Source: an uncultured Candidatus Saccharibacteria bacterium
GTDB lineage: Bacteria; Patescibacteriota; Minisyncoccia; Minisyncoccales; GWA2-38-27
DNA: 64,000 bases
Reading direction: 5' to 3'
Assembly: GCA_964447515.1 (NCBI GenBank)
Contig: CAYUSS010000004.1
Coordinates: 532 to 64,531, forward strand
Shown here: positions 1-7,819 of the stretch, piece after piece
Layout: each line of letters starts with the position of its first letter
How positions within the stretch are numbered: the stretch's first letter is position 1
Program-made: the position numbers and the translations under genes
The notes under the pieces: generated by a model
What the model was told of the DNA's origin: nothing
Seen by the model: the letters and a program-made list of their open reading frames with translations, nothing else
Databases searched by the model: none

Positions 1-302
1 TTGAAACTGTTTTCATTAAAGACGAAGTTTTATTACCTGAAAAAGTTGATTTGATTTTTTTAAGGAATGTTTATCATCATCTAAAAGTAAGAAATAGAAT
101 AGAATATTTTAGAGAGTTGAAAAAATATCTAAAGAAAAAAAATAAATTGGTAGTTGTAGAACGGGAAAAGACTAAAGTATTAAGCCATGGGACTCAAAAA
201 CAAACTATTTTAGATGAACTAGGAAGAGCGGGATATAAAATTGTTAAAGATTACGATATTTTACCAAAACAGAATTTTTTGATTTTTGAGAAAGCCGAGT
301 AG
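1..302 (+). CDS. class I SAM-dependent methyltransferase, C-terminal part (5' end outside window)
   Basis: Frame is open from base 3 to TAG 300-302. The segment VDLIFLRNVYHHL resembles the conserved D..F..N..HH motif region of Methyltransf_11/25-type enzymes. Confidence 0.45.
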   Translation, partial: ETVFIKDEVLLPEKVDLIFLRNVYHHLKVRNRIEYFRELKKYLKKKNKLVVVEREKTKVLSHGTQKQTILDELGRAGYKIVKDYDILPKQNFLIFEKAE

Positions 303-306
303 TAAA

Positions 307-449
307 AATAGGGGTCAGTTTTTACGGAAATAGGGGTCAGCTCTATTTCTTTGTTTTTAGGATATAATAGAATAATGCCAAGACCATTAAGAATTACTAC
401 TCCTAATACACATTTTCATATTCTTAATAAGAAAAAATAGAGCTGACCC
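307..449 (+). mobile_element. hairpin-flanked remnant of an IS200-like Y1 transposase (RAYT-like) gene
   Basis: A 21-codon ORF at 375-440 encodes MPRPLRITTPNTHFHILNKKK, which resembles the MPR..RI......YH(V/I).NRG N-terminus of Y1_Tnp proteins. It is enclosed by a perfect 14-bp inverted repeat, GGGTCAGCTCTATT 334-347 and AATAGAGCTGACCC 436-449. The direct repeat AAATAGGGGTCAG occurs at 307-318 and 328-340. Confidence 0.3.
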
Positions 450-491
450 AATTTTCCATTCTCAAAAAGCCCTGATTTTCCCTTTAAAATT

Positions 492-680
492 CAGGTTCGA
501 GACCGACTAAGGGAGCAAATTTAAAAATCCCCTTGAGGGACTTTTAAATTTGTTTTGAGGTTTTGTTGAGAACCAAGCCCCTGAATTGCGACGAGCGAAG
601 CGAGGAGGCAATGTCTTTCGGGCAACTCATTCGAATCCAAGCCCCGGAGCCAACAAAAATCGCCTTTTTGGCGATTTTTT
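492..680 (+). repeat. composite structured repeat, copy A, upstream of S51 peptidase 1
   Basis: Starts with CAGGTTCGAGACCGACTAAGGGAGC. Contains a 15-bp stem CAAATTTAAAAATCC / GGACTTTTAAATTTG and ends in the hairpin AATCGCC/GGCGATT plus a T-run. Near-identical to copy B at 1399-1666 apart from indels. Confidence 0.7.
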
Positions 681-694
681 GCTAAAGTAGAATA

Positions 695-1348
695 ATGAAA
701 CTTCTTTTAACATCAGCTGGTTGGTGGAAAAACCCTAAAATAGGGAAAGAGTTTTTGAAATTGGTAGACAGAAAACCTTCTGAGATTAGAATATTTTTGG
801 TTATAATTCCAGTTAAGTATTTTAAACGGAACAAATATATATTAAGGCAATTCAGACAGTTTAAGGGCATTAAAATACCAGAACAAAATATCACATTTTT
901 TCAATTGAACAGAAAAATTAAAAAAGATGATTTAAAAAACACAGATGTTATTTTTATTTTTGGAGGAAATACCTTTGATTATTTAGACAGAATTAGGAAA
1001 ACAGGTCTTGATAAAGCGATAAAGAGTTTTGTAAAAAAGGGAGGGATATATCTTGGGTTAAGCGCTGGCAGTTATGTCGTTTGCCCCACCATTGAGGCTG
1101 CTACTTGGAAAAATGCAAACAATAACACAGTAGGACTTAAAAACTTAAGGGGATTGAATCTCGTTCCTTTTTTAATAACAGCACACTTTGAAAATAAATA
1201 TCATAAAATCGTTAAACAAGCTGCCAAAACAACAAAATATCCTATCATTGCACTAACCGATAATCAGGCAGTTTTAGTTAGGGGGAAACAAGTAAGGATT
1301 ATTGGAATAGGTAAAAAGAATATTTTTAATACATCAAACAGGTTCTAA
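695..1348 (+). CDS. peptidase S51 (dipeptidase E-like) family protein
   Basis: 217 aa. IFIFGGNTFDYL and GGIYLGLSAGSYV match the S51 / type-1 glutamine-amidotransferase-like nucleophile region. The stop codon TAA lies inside the GGTTCTAAC repeat motif. Confidence 0.7.
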   Translation: MKLLLTSAGWWKNPKIGKEFLKLVDRKPSEIRIFLVIIPVKYFKRNKYILRQFRQFKGIKIPEQNITFFQLNRKIKKDDLKNTDVIFIFGGNTFDYLDRIRKTGLDKAIKSFVKKGGIYLGLSAGSYVVCPTIEAATWKNANNNTVGLKNLRGLNLVPFLITAHFENKYHKIVKQAAKTTKYPIIALTDNQAVLVRGKQVRIIGIGKKNIFNTSNRF

Positions 1349-1666
1349 CATCGTCTATTTAAATCAGGTATATAAATCCCTTCAGTCTCCCTGATTCTGG
1401 TTCTAACATCGTTCACGATGGGGAGCAAATTTAAAAATCCCTTTGAGGGACTTTTAAATTTGTTTTGAGGTTTTGTTGAGAACCAAGCTCCTGAATTGCG
1501 ACGAGCGAAGCGAGGAGGCAATGCCTCTCGCCTCGCTTTCGCTGAGGCGAAGCGGGTCGGGCAACTCATTCGAATCCAAGCCCCGGAGCACGCTAGTGCT
1601 CAGTTCGAGCGACCGAGCCGCCCAGCAAAATAAAGAATCGCCAGAATGGCGATTCTTTGATATAAT
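1339..1666 (+). repeat. composite structured repeat, copy B, upstream of S51 peptidase 2
   Basis: GGTTCTAACATCGT occurs twice (1341-1354, 1399-1412), followed by GGGGAGC and the same 15-bp stem as copy A. Extra GC-rich hairpin inserts are present, then hairpin AGAATCGCC/GGCGATTCT and TATAAT 1661-1666. Confidence 0.7.
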
Positions 1667-1706
1667 AAATAAGGTTTATACGTTTTTAATTGATTCTATT
1701 AATAAT

Positions 1707-2330
1707 ATGAAATTTTATTTATCTTCTTATAAATTAGGTGATGAAATTGCCAAATTAAAGGAATTAATACCTGCAGAAAATAAAAAGACTGCATATATTT
1801 CTAATGCGCTTGATTTTTCAGATGACCTAGAAAGAAGAAAGAAAAGCGAACAAGATGATATAGAACAACTTAAAGAATTGGGTGTAGAAATTGAATTGGT
1901 GGATTTACGCAACTATTTCAACAAACAAAGTGAGCTAGAAAAAAAGATTGCTGAATTTGGTGTAATTTGGGTAAGAGGAGGCAACATTTTTGTGCTTAGA
2001 CAAGCAATGAAAACAAGCGGTTTTGATACTATTTTGAAAAACCTTGTTAAAAAAGATGATGTTTTGTACGGAGGATATAGTGCAGGAATTTGTGTATTGG
2101 GGCCAACCTTGAAAGGTATGGATTTAATAGATAATGCGAGTATAAAACCCTATGGAGATCAATCCGAAATTATTTGGGATGGTCTCGGTATTATTAACTA
2201 TTCTATAATCCCTCACTATAAATCAGATCATCTCGAAACAGAAAAGGCAAAAGAGGCCGTTGAATACATGGTAGAAAATAAAATACTGTTTAAAGCGCTC
2301 AAAGATGGAGAAGTTATTATTATTGAATGA
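1707..2330 (+). CDS. peptidase S51 (dipeptidase E-like) family protein, second divergent paralog
   Basis: Start taken at ATG 1707 (MKFYLSS...), because the track extension back to 1473 only translates the repeat. VIWVRGGNIFVL and GGYSAGICVLGP are S51-like. Confidence 0.7.
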   Translation: MKFYLSSYKLGDEIAKLKELIPAENKKTAYISNALDFSDDLERRKKSEQDDIEQLKELGVEIELVDLRNYFNKQSELEKKIAEFGVIWVRGGNIFVLRQAMKTSGFDTILKNLVKKDDVLYGGYSAGICVLGPTLKGMDLIDNASIKPYGDQSEIIWDGLGIINYSIIPHYKSDHLETEKAKEAVEYMVENKILFKALKDGEVIIIE

Positions 2331-2392
2331 ATTAAAACTTTTTATAGAATTTGGGTTAGATAAGAATGAGATATTTAAAATACCATTAAGTA

Positions 2393-2528
2393 GTGTCTCA
2401 TTTGTCTTATTTTAGCTTAAAAACCAGAAAAAATGAGACACGGGTCTTATCCTCAAAGCGACCTATTCCCGTCAGGAAAGGTCTTCGGTTTCCCTCTCAA
2501 AAGATGGTTCTGAACCCGACCGGGGAGC
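2393..2528 (+). repeat. intergenic repeat family 'GTGTCTCATTT hairpin ... GGTTCTGAACCCG..GGGGAGC', copy 1
   Basis: 11-bp stem GTGTCTCATTT/AAATGAGACAC, then CAAAGCGACC..CCCGTCAG..TTTCCCTCTCAAAAGATGGTTCTGAACCCGACCGGGGAGC. Matches 3778-3961 except for an indel of about 45 nt. Confidence 0.75.
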
Positions 2529-2583
2529 TCACTTTGGCCGCTTTCTCAAGAATGCGGTTTTCTGGTAGAATTAAGAATATATA

Positions 2584-2865
2584 ATGCAAATCTCTCAAAT
2601 TTTATTTTATATTTTAATAGCTTTTATTGGATACGCTATTGGAAGAATAGGTCATATTTATGGTGGATATTTAAAAGCGCCTCATCATTGGATTTACGGG
2701 TTAATTTTAATAATTTTAGGCCTAATCTTTTATAAAAACCTCTTAGGATTATTGGTTTTCTTTTTTGGGATAGGCCATTTTATAAGCGACTTTAAGGATT
2801 TCTTACACTTAAAATTTTACGGAGTAGACGAAGAAGGAGAAAAGAAATTCTGGGGGATTGACTAA
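2584..2865 (+). CDS. small integral membrane protein (about 3 TM), function unknown
   Basis: 93-aa ORF with hydrophobic segments ILFYILIAFIGYAIG, WIYGLILIILGLIF and LLGLLVFFFGIGHF. Confidence 0.5.
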   Translation: MQISQILFYILIAFIGYAIGRIGHIYGGYLKAPHHWIYGLILIILGLIFYKNLLGLLVFFFGIGHFISDFKDFLHLKFYGVDEEGEKKFWGID

Positions 2866-2906
2866 AAACAGGTTCTAACATCGTCCAGGCGGGAGCCACG
2901 ATTTTT

Positions 2907-2932
2907 CAAGCCATCAAGGCTTGTTTTTTTTT
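2907..2932 (+). terminator. intrinsic terminator-like hairpin
   Basis: CAAGCC-ATCA-AGGCTTG followed by an 11-nt T-run. Confidence 0.5.
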
Positions 2933-3144
2933 CGGTGGATTGAACAAATTACTGCTATGGCGCAACAGGAATGCACATCACCCATTTATGGGGGCTAATT
3001 CAAGACTTCTATGAACTCTCTTAATCTCTGCTACTTTCTCTTTCATCATCGCCATATACTCCCTATTCTCCAGAACTAAGATGAGTTTTTTAAAAATTGT
3101 TGAACGGGGGAGCCAATTTCATAATGTCATTAGAGAATTCAGGT

Positions 3145-3175
3145 AATCGCCTTTTGGGCGGTTTTTTGGTAGAAT
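3145..3175 (+). promoter_or_regulatory. terminator hairpin fused to extended -10 (TGGTAGAAT)
   Basis: AATCGCC-TTTT-GGGCGG hairpin and T-run, then TGGTAGAAT ending at 3175. Same module as 658-693, 50167-50198 and 62231-62261. Confidence 0.45.
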
Positions 3176-3224
3176 AAATTAGGAATTAAAGGTCGAAGAA
3201 CTAAAAATTAAATAATGTAAATTT

Positions 3225-3506
3225 ATGTTGTCACAAATACCTATTAATCTTGAGAAAGTAAAAAAAGAGGATATTGATAAAGAAATTTTAAGAGTGGGAA
3301 TAATAGCCGAATTAGATGCTATAAATCTTTATGAACAAATGGCAGCTGTCACCGAAACCGAAAATATCAAGAAAACTCTTTTGGATATAGCCAAAGAAGA
3401 AAAAACCCATATGGGAGAATTTCAGGCACTACTGTTGAAGGAAGATTCAGAACAGAGGGAAGAATTAGAAGAGGGTAAAAAAGAAATAGAAGAATTAACT
3501 GAATAA
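3225..3506 (+). CDS. small ferritin-like (EncFtn / rubrerythrin-like) protein
   Basis: 93 aa. AELDAINLYEQ ... AKEEKTHMGEF follows the E-x-x-(D/E)A(V/I)xxY(D/E)Q ... EEKxH di-iron pattern of encapsulated-ferritin-like proteins. No encapsulin shell gene is present in the window. Confidence 0.55.
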   Translation: MLSQIPINLEKVKKEDIDKEILRVGIIAELDAINLYEQMAAVTETENIKKTLLDIAKEEKTHMGEFQALLLKEDSEQREELEEGKKEIEELTE

Positions 3507-3569
3507 TATTATTTTAATTCAGCAGAAATCACTTTCCTGCCGAGGCGGTTTTTTTGGTAGAATAAATTA

Positions 3570-3753
3570 ATGAAAAAGGTTTCCCCTGTATCTGTATGTA
3601 ATTGGCGTTATTATCGTCCTCGTGCTTATAAACTACATTGCGTGGTCCGTGGGAGGAGAGGCGAAGTTAAAAAGTTTTGAGCTACTCTCCAGCGGCTTTT
3701 TGTTAGGGATGCTGACAATGTATATAGCGGTGCATATCTATCGCTGGAAATGA
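3570..3753 (+). pseudogene. small 2-TM membrane protein interrupted by a 1-nt frameshift in an A5 run right after the ATG
   Basis: ATG 3570 sits 6 nt after TGGTAGAAT. The 2-TM ORF (..LYLYVIGVIIVLVLINYIAW...GFLLGMLTMYIAVHIYRWK, stop 3751-3753) is in the +1 frame and has no start of its own. Removing one A of ATGAAAAAGG joins the two. Confidence 0.4.
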
Positions 3754-3777
3754 GACAGTTCCAAACACCCTCTTTCT

Positions 3778-3961
3778 GTGTCTCATTTGTCTCATTTTAG
3801 CTTAAAAACCCTGAAAAATGAGACACGGCCCTTATTCACTTTAATACTATCTTTTCTATCATATTCTGGCCTTATTTTGCTTGCTTCAAAGCGACCCGTC
3901 CCCGTCAGAAGGAGCATCGGGTTTCCCTCTCAAAAGATGGTTCTGAACCCGAGTGGGGAGC
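3778..3961 (+). repeat. intergenic repeat family 'GTGTCTCATTT hairpin ... GGTTCTGAACCCG..GGGGAGC', copy 2
   Basis: Same ends as 2393-2528. The track ORF 3778..4017 only translates this repeat. Confidence 0.75.
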
Positions 3962-3971
3962 TTCGAAAATC

Positions 3972-3999
3972 AAAACACCCAATGATTTGGGTGTTTTTT
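3972..3999. terminator. bidirectional terminator-like hairpin between convergent genes
   Basis: AAACACCCA-ATGAT-TTGGGTGTTT flanked by an A-run and a T-run. Confidence 0.55.
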
Positions 4000-4029
4000 A
4001 AATTTGCCACCCGCTAAAATCGCTGCTTT

Positions 4030-5319
4030 TTATTTCCGTTTTAGTCTTTTGATTTTCAGTTTTTTTAATGAGAATTTTGCCGTTAAAACCCTGTCTGTAT
4101 TAAACAGCCATATTGCTACATACATTGTAACTGCAGCAAAAATAATCATATATGCTATTCCGCCAAGAACAATCGGATAGTTTTGAAATATGAGGGCTTT
4201 TGAAGCAATAATCGGATGAGCAAAAGGTATAGCATATAAAAATATTTTCATTGGCAGAGAAAGCATTTCTACATCTTGAAACATTAGTAAAACATAAGGA
4301 ATCATTGCTAATAAAACAATAGGCATATTCATAATGTGGGCATTTTTTGTGCTTTGGGCAAACATTCCCAATATCATAGATATTGATAGAGCAATAAGAA
4401 TTGCCAGGAATAAAGAGATTCCCAAGAGGGTATAAGACAAAGGAGTCATTGTTAATCCTAAATCCTCAAGAATCGCTTTGCCGCTAGGAATAGCTGGCGT
4501 TATAGATGACATATAATATCTAAAACCTCCTAAAAAAACACCCGCCATTAAAAGAGCAACTACTGTCGCCCCAGTCATTTTTCCAATAACAATTGATGTT
4601 CTCTTTACCGGTAAAGTTAACAAAGTTTCTAAAGTTTTATTTTCTTTCTCTGAAACCATTGAAGTTACTATTGTTCCCCCCGCATAAATTATTAACATCA
4701 TCAAAATAACCGGTATCATCACTGATTGAGACACAACCAAACCTTCAATTATTACTGGATTCCCAGAAACCATTTTATCTTTTACTACCACAAACTCTTT
4801 TATATTTAGAGGACTTATTATATCTCCTGGATTTTTATCAGGAAAAGCTTCTTGAATAAAATTTATTGATATTTCTCTGTTAATAGAACCTATTATTGCA
4901 TTAATTGTTGCATCCGAAATCATTCCTTTCATGCTTAGTCTCTTTATTATAGAGTAAAGTTCTAAATCTACCCTTTTCTTTATTTTGATATCTTCTCCAA
5001 AATTTTCCGGGACTACCAAAAGAACTTTTGCCTCTTTTTCTTTTGCTTGCTCAATTGCTTTTTCAATATCAATTTCTGTAATTTCTGCTATTTCTATAGT
5101 TTTTTGTTGCGATAATTTATCTAAAATGCCTTTTGAGTATTGGGATTTATCTAAATCTAAAACCGCTAAATTTATTAGTTCATTGTCTTTTTCCCTAATG
5201 CCTTTCATAAAATTAGCCATTATACCAAACATAGCTATCATAAAAACCAAACCAAATATCATTTGTTTAGTCATCAATTCCTTTATTTCTTTTTTGAGAA
5301 TATTGTAAAAGTTTTTCAT
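4030..5319 (-). CDS. ABC-2 type transporter permease
   Basis: 429 aa with an N-terminal TM, a large extracytoplasmic loop and a C-terminal cluster of about 5 TMs. Shares a 4-nt overlap with the upstream ATPase gene. Confidence 0.75.
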   Translation of the reverse strand: MKNFYNILKKEIKELMTKQMIFGLVFMIAMFGIMANFMKGIREKDNELINLAVLDLDKSQYSKGILDKLSQQKTIEIAEITEIDIEKAIEQAKEKEAKVLLVVPENFGEDIKIKKRVDLELYSIIKRLSMKGMISDATINAIIGSINREISINFIQEAFPDKNPGDIISPLNIKEFVVVKDKMVSGNPVIIEGLVVSQSVMIPVILMMLIIYAGGTIVTSMVSEKENKTLETLLTLPVKRTSIVIGKMTGATVVALLMAGVFLGGFRYYMSSITPAIPSGKAILEDLGLTMTPLSYTLLGISLFLAILIALSISMILGMFAQSTKNAHIMNMPIVLLAMIPYVLLMFQDVEMLSLPMKIFLYAIPFAHPIIASKALIFQNYPIVLGGIAYMIIFAAVTMYVAIWLFNTDRVLTAKFSLKKLKIKRLKRK

Positions 5320-6038
5320 CTTATTGCGTTGATAAACACTTCTTCGATATTTTTAGCATTATATTTGTCTTTTAATCCTTGAGGGGTGCCGGTTTCTAAT
5401 ATTAGCCCTTTATCTATCAAAGTAATTCTGTCGCATAAGAATTCCACTTCCAGCATATTATGAGAGGACAACAAAACCGTTGTTCCTTTTTTAACAAAGT
5501 CCTTTATTATTCCTCTTATTTCCTGGGAAATTATCACATCCAACCCCGATGTTGGTTCATCTAAAATAGCCAACTTAGGATTTATCATCAATGCCCTGGC
5601 GAGCAACAACCTTCTGCTCATTCCTTTGCTATAAGTACTTACTTTACCTTTTAGGCGTTTTCCAAGTTTAGCCAATTCTATTCCTCTCTCCATTATCTCT
5701 CTTTTTTCTTCATTGTCCTTTGAATAAAAACTAGCCATAAATTCCAAATAAGCTTTCCCTGACAGATTTTTATAAGCACCAGCTTCTTCCGGCAAATAAC
5801 TAATTCTCTCTCTAACTTTGTCTGCTTTTTTAATTACATCATAGCCGAAGACCTTCACTTCTCCAGAAGTAATTTGCAGCAGTGTTGAAATAATTCGTAA
5901 AGCAGTAGTTTTTCCGGCAGCATTCGGGCCAATCAAACCAAAAATCTCTCCCTGATTTACTTCAAAAGAAATACCTTTCAGAGCCCTAAAATTCCCATAG
6001 TCTTTTATTAAATCTTTAACTTCTGTTGCTTTATTCAT
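5316..6038 (-). CDS. ABC transporter ATP-binding protein
   Basis: Walker A GPNAAGKTT, signature YSKGMSRRL, Walker B LAILDEP. Start chosen at MNKATEVKDL (6038); the track start at 6080 is an alternative. Confidence 0.85.
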   Translation of the reverse strand: MNKATEVKDLIKDYGNFRALKGISFEVNQGEIFGLIGPNAAGKTTALRIISTLLQITSGEVKVFGYDVIKKADKVRERISYLPEEAGAYKNLSGKAYLEFMASFYSKDNEEKREIMERGIELAKLGKRLKGKVSTYSKGMSRRLLLARALMINPKLAILDEPTSGLDVIISQEIRGIIKDFVKKGTTVLLSSHNMLEVEFLCDRITLIDKGLILETGTPQGLKDKYNAKNIEEVFINAIR

Positions 6039-6171
6039 ATAAAGTTTTTTTATATTAGCATATTTAATAAAATCAGCCAAAATTCAAATTAAACAAATAA
6101 GTTCGAACGTTGTTCGTTCCCCAGAGCTATCTAATCTGGTCGCCGACCCGAATTTTTGGTATAATTTAGTT

Positions 6172-6357
6172 ATGAAAAAACAAACATGCATCATAGTAGC
6201 GATTATAGCGGTTATAGTTATTGTCCAATTAATTGGATTTTTAATGTCCGACACAGGTTACTTTTTTTCACCAACAATTGATGCCATCTTAGGTGGTATT
6301 GAGCTATTTGGTCTTGGTATCTGGTTAGGCGTTTCTATTGGCAAAAAGAGGAGTTGA
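6172..6357 (+). CDS. small 2-TM membrane protein
   Basis: 61-aa hydrophobic ORF. TGGTATAAT 6157-6165 lies 6 nt upstream of the ATG. Confidence 0.45.
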   Translation: MKKQTCIIVAIIAVIVIVQLIGFLMSDTGYFFSPTIDAILGGIELFGLGIWLGVSIGKKRS

Positions 6358-6366
6358 TAAAACCAG

Positions 6367-6471
6367 GTTCTAACATCGTTCAACCCCAGGCACCCTAATC
6401 CTGAAAATCTCCAATTCTTCCCTTATTTTTCTCCAATCAATGGTTCTGAATGCGTTCTGTATGGGGAGCAT
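6367..6471 (+). repeat. GGTTCTAAC...GGGGAGC junction repeat (copy G); contains candidate 33-aa ORF on the minus strand (6370..6471)
   Basis: GGTTCTAACATCGTTC 6367-6382 and GGTTCTGAATGCGTTC..GGGGAGC 6442-6469. The minus strand reads MLPIQNAFRTIDWRKIREELEIFRIRVPGVERC, with AAGGA 11 nt upstream of its ATG. Confidence 0.6.
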
Positions 6472-6495
6472 GATTTTTCAATCCTTATTTTTTAG

Positions 6496-6524
6496 TTGAC
6501 TAATTATTTTTTAGGTGTTAGTAT
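6496..6524 (+). promoter_or_regulatory. sigma70-like promoter of the cold-shock gene (TTGACT-17-TAGTAT), giving a 5' UTR of about 100 nt
   Basis: TTGACT 6496-6501, 17-nt spacer, TAGTAT 6519-6524. Long csp leaders are typical of the family. Confidence 0.5.
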
Positions 6525-6631
6525 TATTTACATAAGATAGTCACCTAATGAAAATTTAGTCGAGTTTATTTAGGAAACTAAACTTTAGGATAAAACCTTA
6601 AAACGTTAATTAATTAATTTATATCACAATT

Positions 6632-6829
6632 ATGGAAGGAACAATTAAAACTCTTACAGAAAAAGGATTTGGATTTATTACTGTTGATGGTGAAGACAAA
6701 GATTTATTCTTTCACAGTAACGAACTTAAGGGCGTAACCTACGAGGAGTTAAAAGTAGGAGATAGAGTGTCTTTTGAAAAAGCTGATTCTGAAAAAGGAC
6801 CCAACGCAACAAACGTAACCCGCATTTAA
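6632..6829 (+). CDS. cold-shock domain protein (CspA family)
   Basis: 65 aa with RNP-1-like KGFGFI and RNP-2-like LFFHS motifs. Confidence 0.9.
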   Translation: MEGTIKTLTEKGFGFITVDGEDKDLFFHSNELKGVTYEELKVGDRVSFEKADSEKGPNATNVTRI

Positions 6830-6862
6830 GAATTGATTCAATAAAATCAGATAGATGAGAAT

Positions 6863-6889
6863 CAAGCCCATTCTCGGGCTTGGTTTTTT
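6863..6889 (+). terminator. intrinsic terminator after csp
   Basis: CAAGCCC-ATTCTC-GGGCTTG followed by TTTTTT. Confidence 0.6.
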
Positions 6890-6897
6890 ATAAAACA

Positions 6898-7001
6898 GGG
6901 TTCTATCACTGTCCATCCTTTGTTAAATTGGGCATCCGAATTTCTAACTCTTTCCTAATTTCTATCCAATCCAAAGTTCTAAACATGTCCAATAGGGGGA
7001 G
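6898..7001 (+). repeat. GGTTCTAAC...GGGGAGC junction repeat (copy H, degenerate)
   Basis: GGGTTCTATCACTGTCC 6898-6914 and AGTTCTAAACATGTCC..GGGGGAG 6976-7001. The internal 50 nt align with copies G and I. Confidence 0.55.
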
Positions 7002-7055
7002 TTAGCTTCAGAAAATCGCTAAGAAGTCGGTTTTTTGATAGAATTAAATAGAATT

Positions 7056-7694
7056 ATGAAAATATCAAAAGCAGAATTTGCTAAAGGTGTTATCGGGGAC
7101 GATTACGGTTTGGAAGGCAATTTACCGCACATCGCTTTTTTTGGCCGCTCCAATGCAGGGAAATCAAGCGTGATTAACTCTTTAGTCGGGAAAAAAGACC
7201 TTGTAAAAACAAGCAAGATGCCGGGGAAAACACGTGAAGCGAATTTTTTCCGTATCAATGATTCTTTCTATTTTGCGGATTTTCCCGGATATGGATATGC
7301 CAAGCATTCAATATTGGAGCGCAACAAAATGATCAAAAGGATTTTTTGGTATGTGGAGTTTTCCAATGTGAGGCCCAAAGCAGTTTTCTTAATTATTGAC
7401 GCTGATGTTGGTTTGACTGTCCTTGATCGGGATATGATAAAAATTCTCAAGACAAATAAACATCAAATTGTCATTATTGCAAACAAAATTGATAAATTAA
7501 CTAAAGGCGCCGCGGGAAAACAGCTTTCCTCAATCCAAAAAGAAGCGCGAGATATACCTGTTTTGAGATATTCGGCTAAAACAAACGAAGGAAAAGACGA
7601 ATTAACTAAAAAAATTGCGAGTTTTGTACAAAAAAAGCCCGACCGAGACGGGTTGTGCCCGAGAGTCAAAATTCTGCGTCCGGATTTTCACTGA
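7056..7694 (+). CDS. engB: ribosome-biogenesis GTPase YihA/EngB
   Basis: G1 GRSNAGKSS, G3 DFPGYG, G4 NKIDK. Start taken at ATG 7056, because the track TTG 7035 lies in the promoter module. The C-terminal 20 aa are GC-rich repeat-like sequence. Confidence 0.85.
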   Translation: MKISKAEFAKGVIGDDYGLEGNLPHIAFFGRSNAGKSSVINSLVGKKDLVKTSKMPGKTREANFFRINDSFYFADFPGYGYAKHSILERNKMIKRIFWYVEFSNVRPKAVFLIIDADVGLTVLDRDMIKILKTNKHQIVIIANKIDKLTKGAAGKQLSSIQKEARDIPVLRYSAKTNEGKDELTKKIASFVQKKPDRDGLCPRVKILRPDFH

Positions 7695-7819
7695 AATACG
7701 TTCGGATTTTATCCAGGGTGCGGAGCAAATTTTTTGTTTAAAAAGCTAAGGTGTTATTGCTTTTTATTTGTTATAAGTATATACTCTAATTAGCTAAAAC
7801 TATAATTAAAATTAGAAAT

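Noticed and set aside
600-1600. The T-loop-like TTCGAATCC and a GGGGAGC 5' end in repeats A/B, considered as a tRNA, tRNA fragment or tmRNA.
   Set aside because: No complementary T-stem or acceptor pairing can be drawn. GGAGC occurs as a direct rather than inverted repeat at both ends, and the element is present twice.
1345-1706. Track ORF 1345..1569 (-), and the N-terminal 78 codons of track ORF 1473..2330.
   Set aside because: Both only translate the GC-rich composite repeat B. The S51 homology starts at ATG 1707.
2393-4017. Track ORFs 2393..2584 and 3778..4017 (MSHLS(Y/H)FSLKT..KNETR..) look like a two-member protein family.
   Set aside because: They are translations of two copies of an intergenic repeat (hairpin GTGTCTCATTT/AAATGAGACAC ... 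GGTTCTGAACCCG). The copies differ by an indel of about 45 nt, the ORFs have no RBS, and they run through terminator-like sequence.
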